Source: Schizochytrium sp. TIO01 (Eukaryota > Protista > Bigyra: Labyrinthulomycetes). From it: 64,000 nucleotides of DNA. The first letter of the stretch is position 1. The number at the start of each line of letters is the position of its first letter. The position numbers and the translations under genes are program-made. The notes under the pieces are model-generated. The model ran no database searches. It was given only the letters and a program-made list of their open reading frames with translations, and was not told the DNA's origin. This document shows positions 63,506 to 64,000 of the stretch, in pieces. The stretch spans positions 429,648-493,647 of the forward strand of contig SMSO01000014.1 of the NCBI GenBank assembly GCA_004764695.1, given 5' to 3'.

Positions 63506-64000
63506 CTAAGATGAGTGATGCATTGCCTTTCGATAGGCCCAAAGGCCAAGGGTACAATATAAAGCAACCCGGCCGATTTCTCGAAAACGGTTACGATGCT
63601 CGACGCCAACGATTGTGTACCATTCTCTGTTGATGGATGATTTGTCAGGATTGGGAACGATCAGTGGGCGACCAGCTGGATCTAATTTTCCATCAAGAGC
63701 CGACGGGATGACTTTATAGTCGAAACGAGAATGCTCAAATGGTCCAGTTGACCGCATATGCTCATACCGCTTCCATCCCATGATATCATGACCGGTTTCC
63801 TGGTCATCTGAGCAAATTTGATGGCATCCAGTCGATATATGCTTGCGAGGGTTGCCAAAAAGACTGATGCCAAATTGCAACACAAAATATGCTACAATGT
63901 ACCTAAAGAGAGGTTTGTCCGCAGCTGAACGGTTTACCACTGGGACATCAGGTAGGAGTGGCTTTTTTTCTAGCACGTTGGGGCCAAAAACTCCGCATGC
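63506..64000 (-). CDS. Partial CDS (5' end beyond the window), hypothetical membrane protein
   Basis: Frame open from 64000 to the stop at 63506; two hydrophobic segments. Confidence 0.6.
   Translation of the reverse strand, partial: ACGVFGPNVLEKKPLLPDVPVVNRSAADKPLFRYIVAYFVLQFGISLFGNPRKHISTGCHQICSDDQETGHDIMGWKRYEHMRSTGPFEHSRFDYKVIPSALDGKLDPAGRPLIVPNPDKSSINREWYTIVGVEHRNRFREIGRVALYCTLGLWAYRKAMHHSS

Overview
Gene-dense, intron-poor eukaryotic DNA from a unicellular protist. A stramenopile such as a thraustochytrid is my inference and is not proven. Both flanks carry ordinary host genes: ABCG and MFS transporters, a dual-specificity phosphatase, an Arf-like GTPase, an NDR kinase, NOP53, a PTGR-like oxidoreductase, TRMO, PH-domain signalling proteins, a lectin/FN3 protein, and CCDC112-like and other coiled-coil proteins. 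An accessory island occupies ~15.5-25.4 kb and has three parts. (i) A decayed, mosaic large-DNA-virus relic: a frameshifted single-jelly-roll penton/minor-capsid-like gene recognisable only by joining frames, a TM2 domain fused in frame to the bridge-helix fragment of a divergent RNA polymerase largest subunit, a catalytically dead peptide-deformylase-fold membrane protein, and a broken acidic protein. (ii) An intact Crinkler-type PD-(D/E)xK nuclease + kinase gene embedded in that relic. (iii) An ankyrin-repeat-SAM-TIR gene (SARM1-like logic, TIR catalytic Glu retained), split by two stops and two +1 shifts. The best candidate for an undescribed system is this virus-relic + nuclease-kinase + ANK-SAM-TIR cluster, a possible protist antiviral/conflict island. 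The 735-nt NOP53 intron also hides a box C/D snoRNA predicted to guide the LSU rRNA methylation equivalent to yeast Am807, plus further structured RNA candidates. Several +1 frameshifts lie at short homopolymers and may be assembly errors. All domain calls are by eye from motifs; no searches were run.
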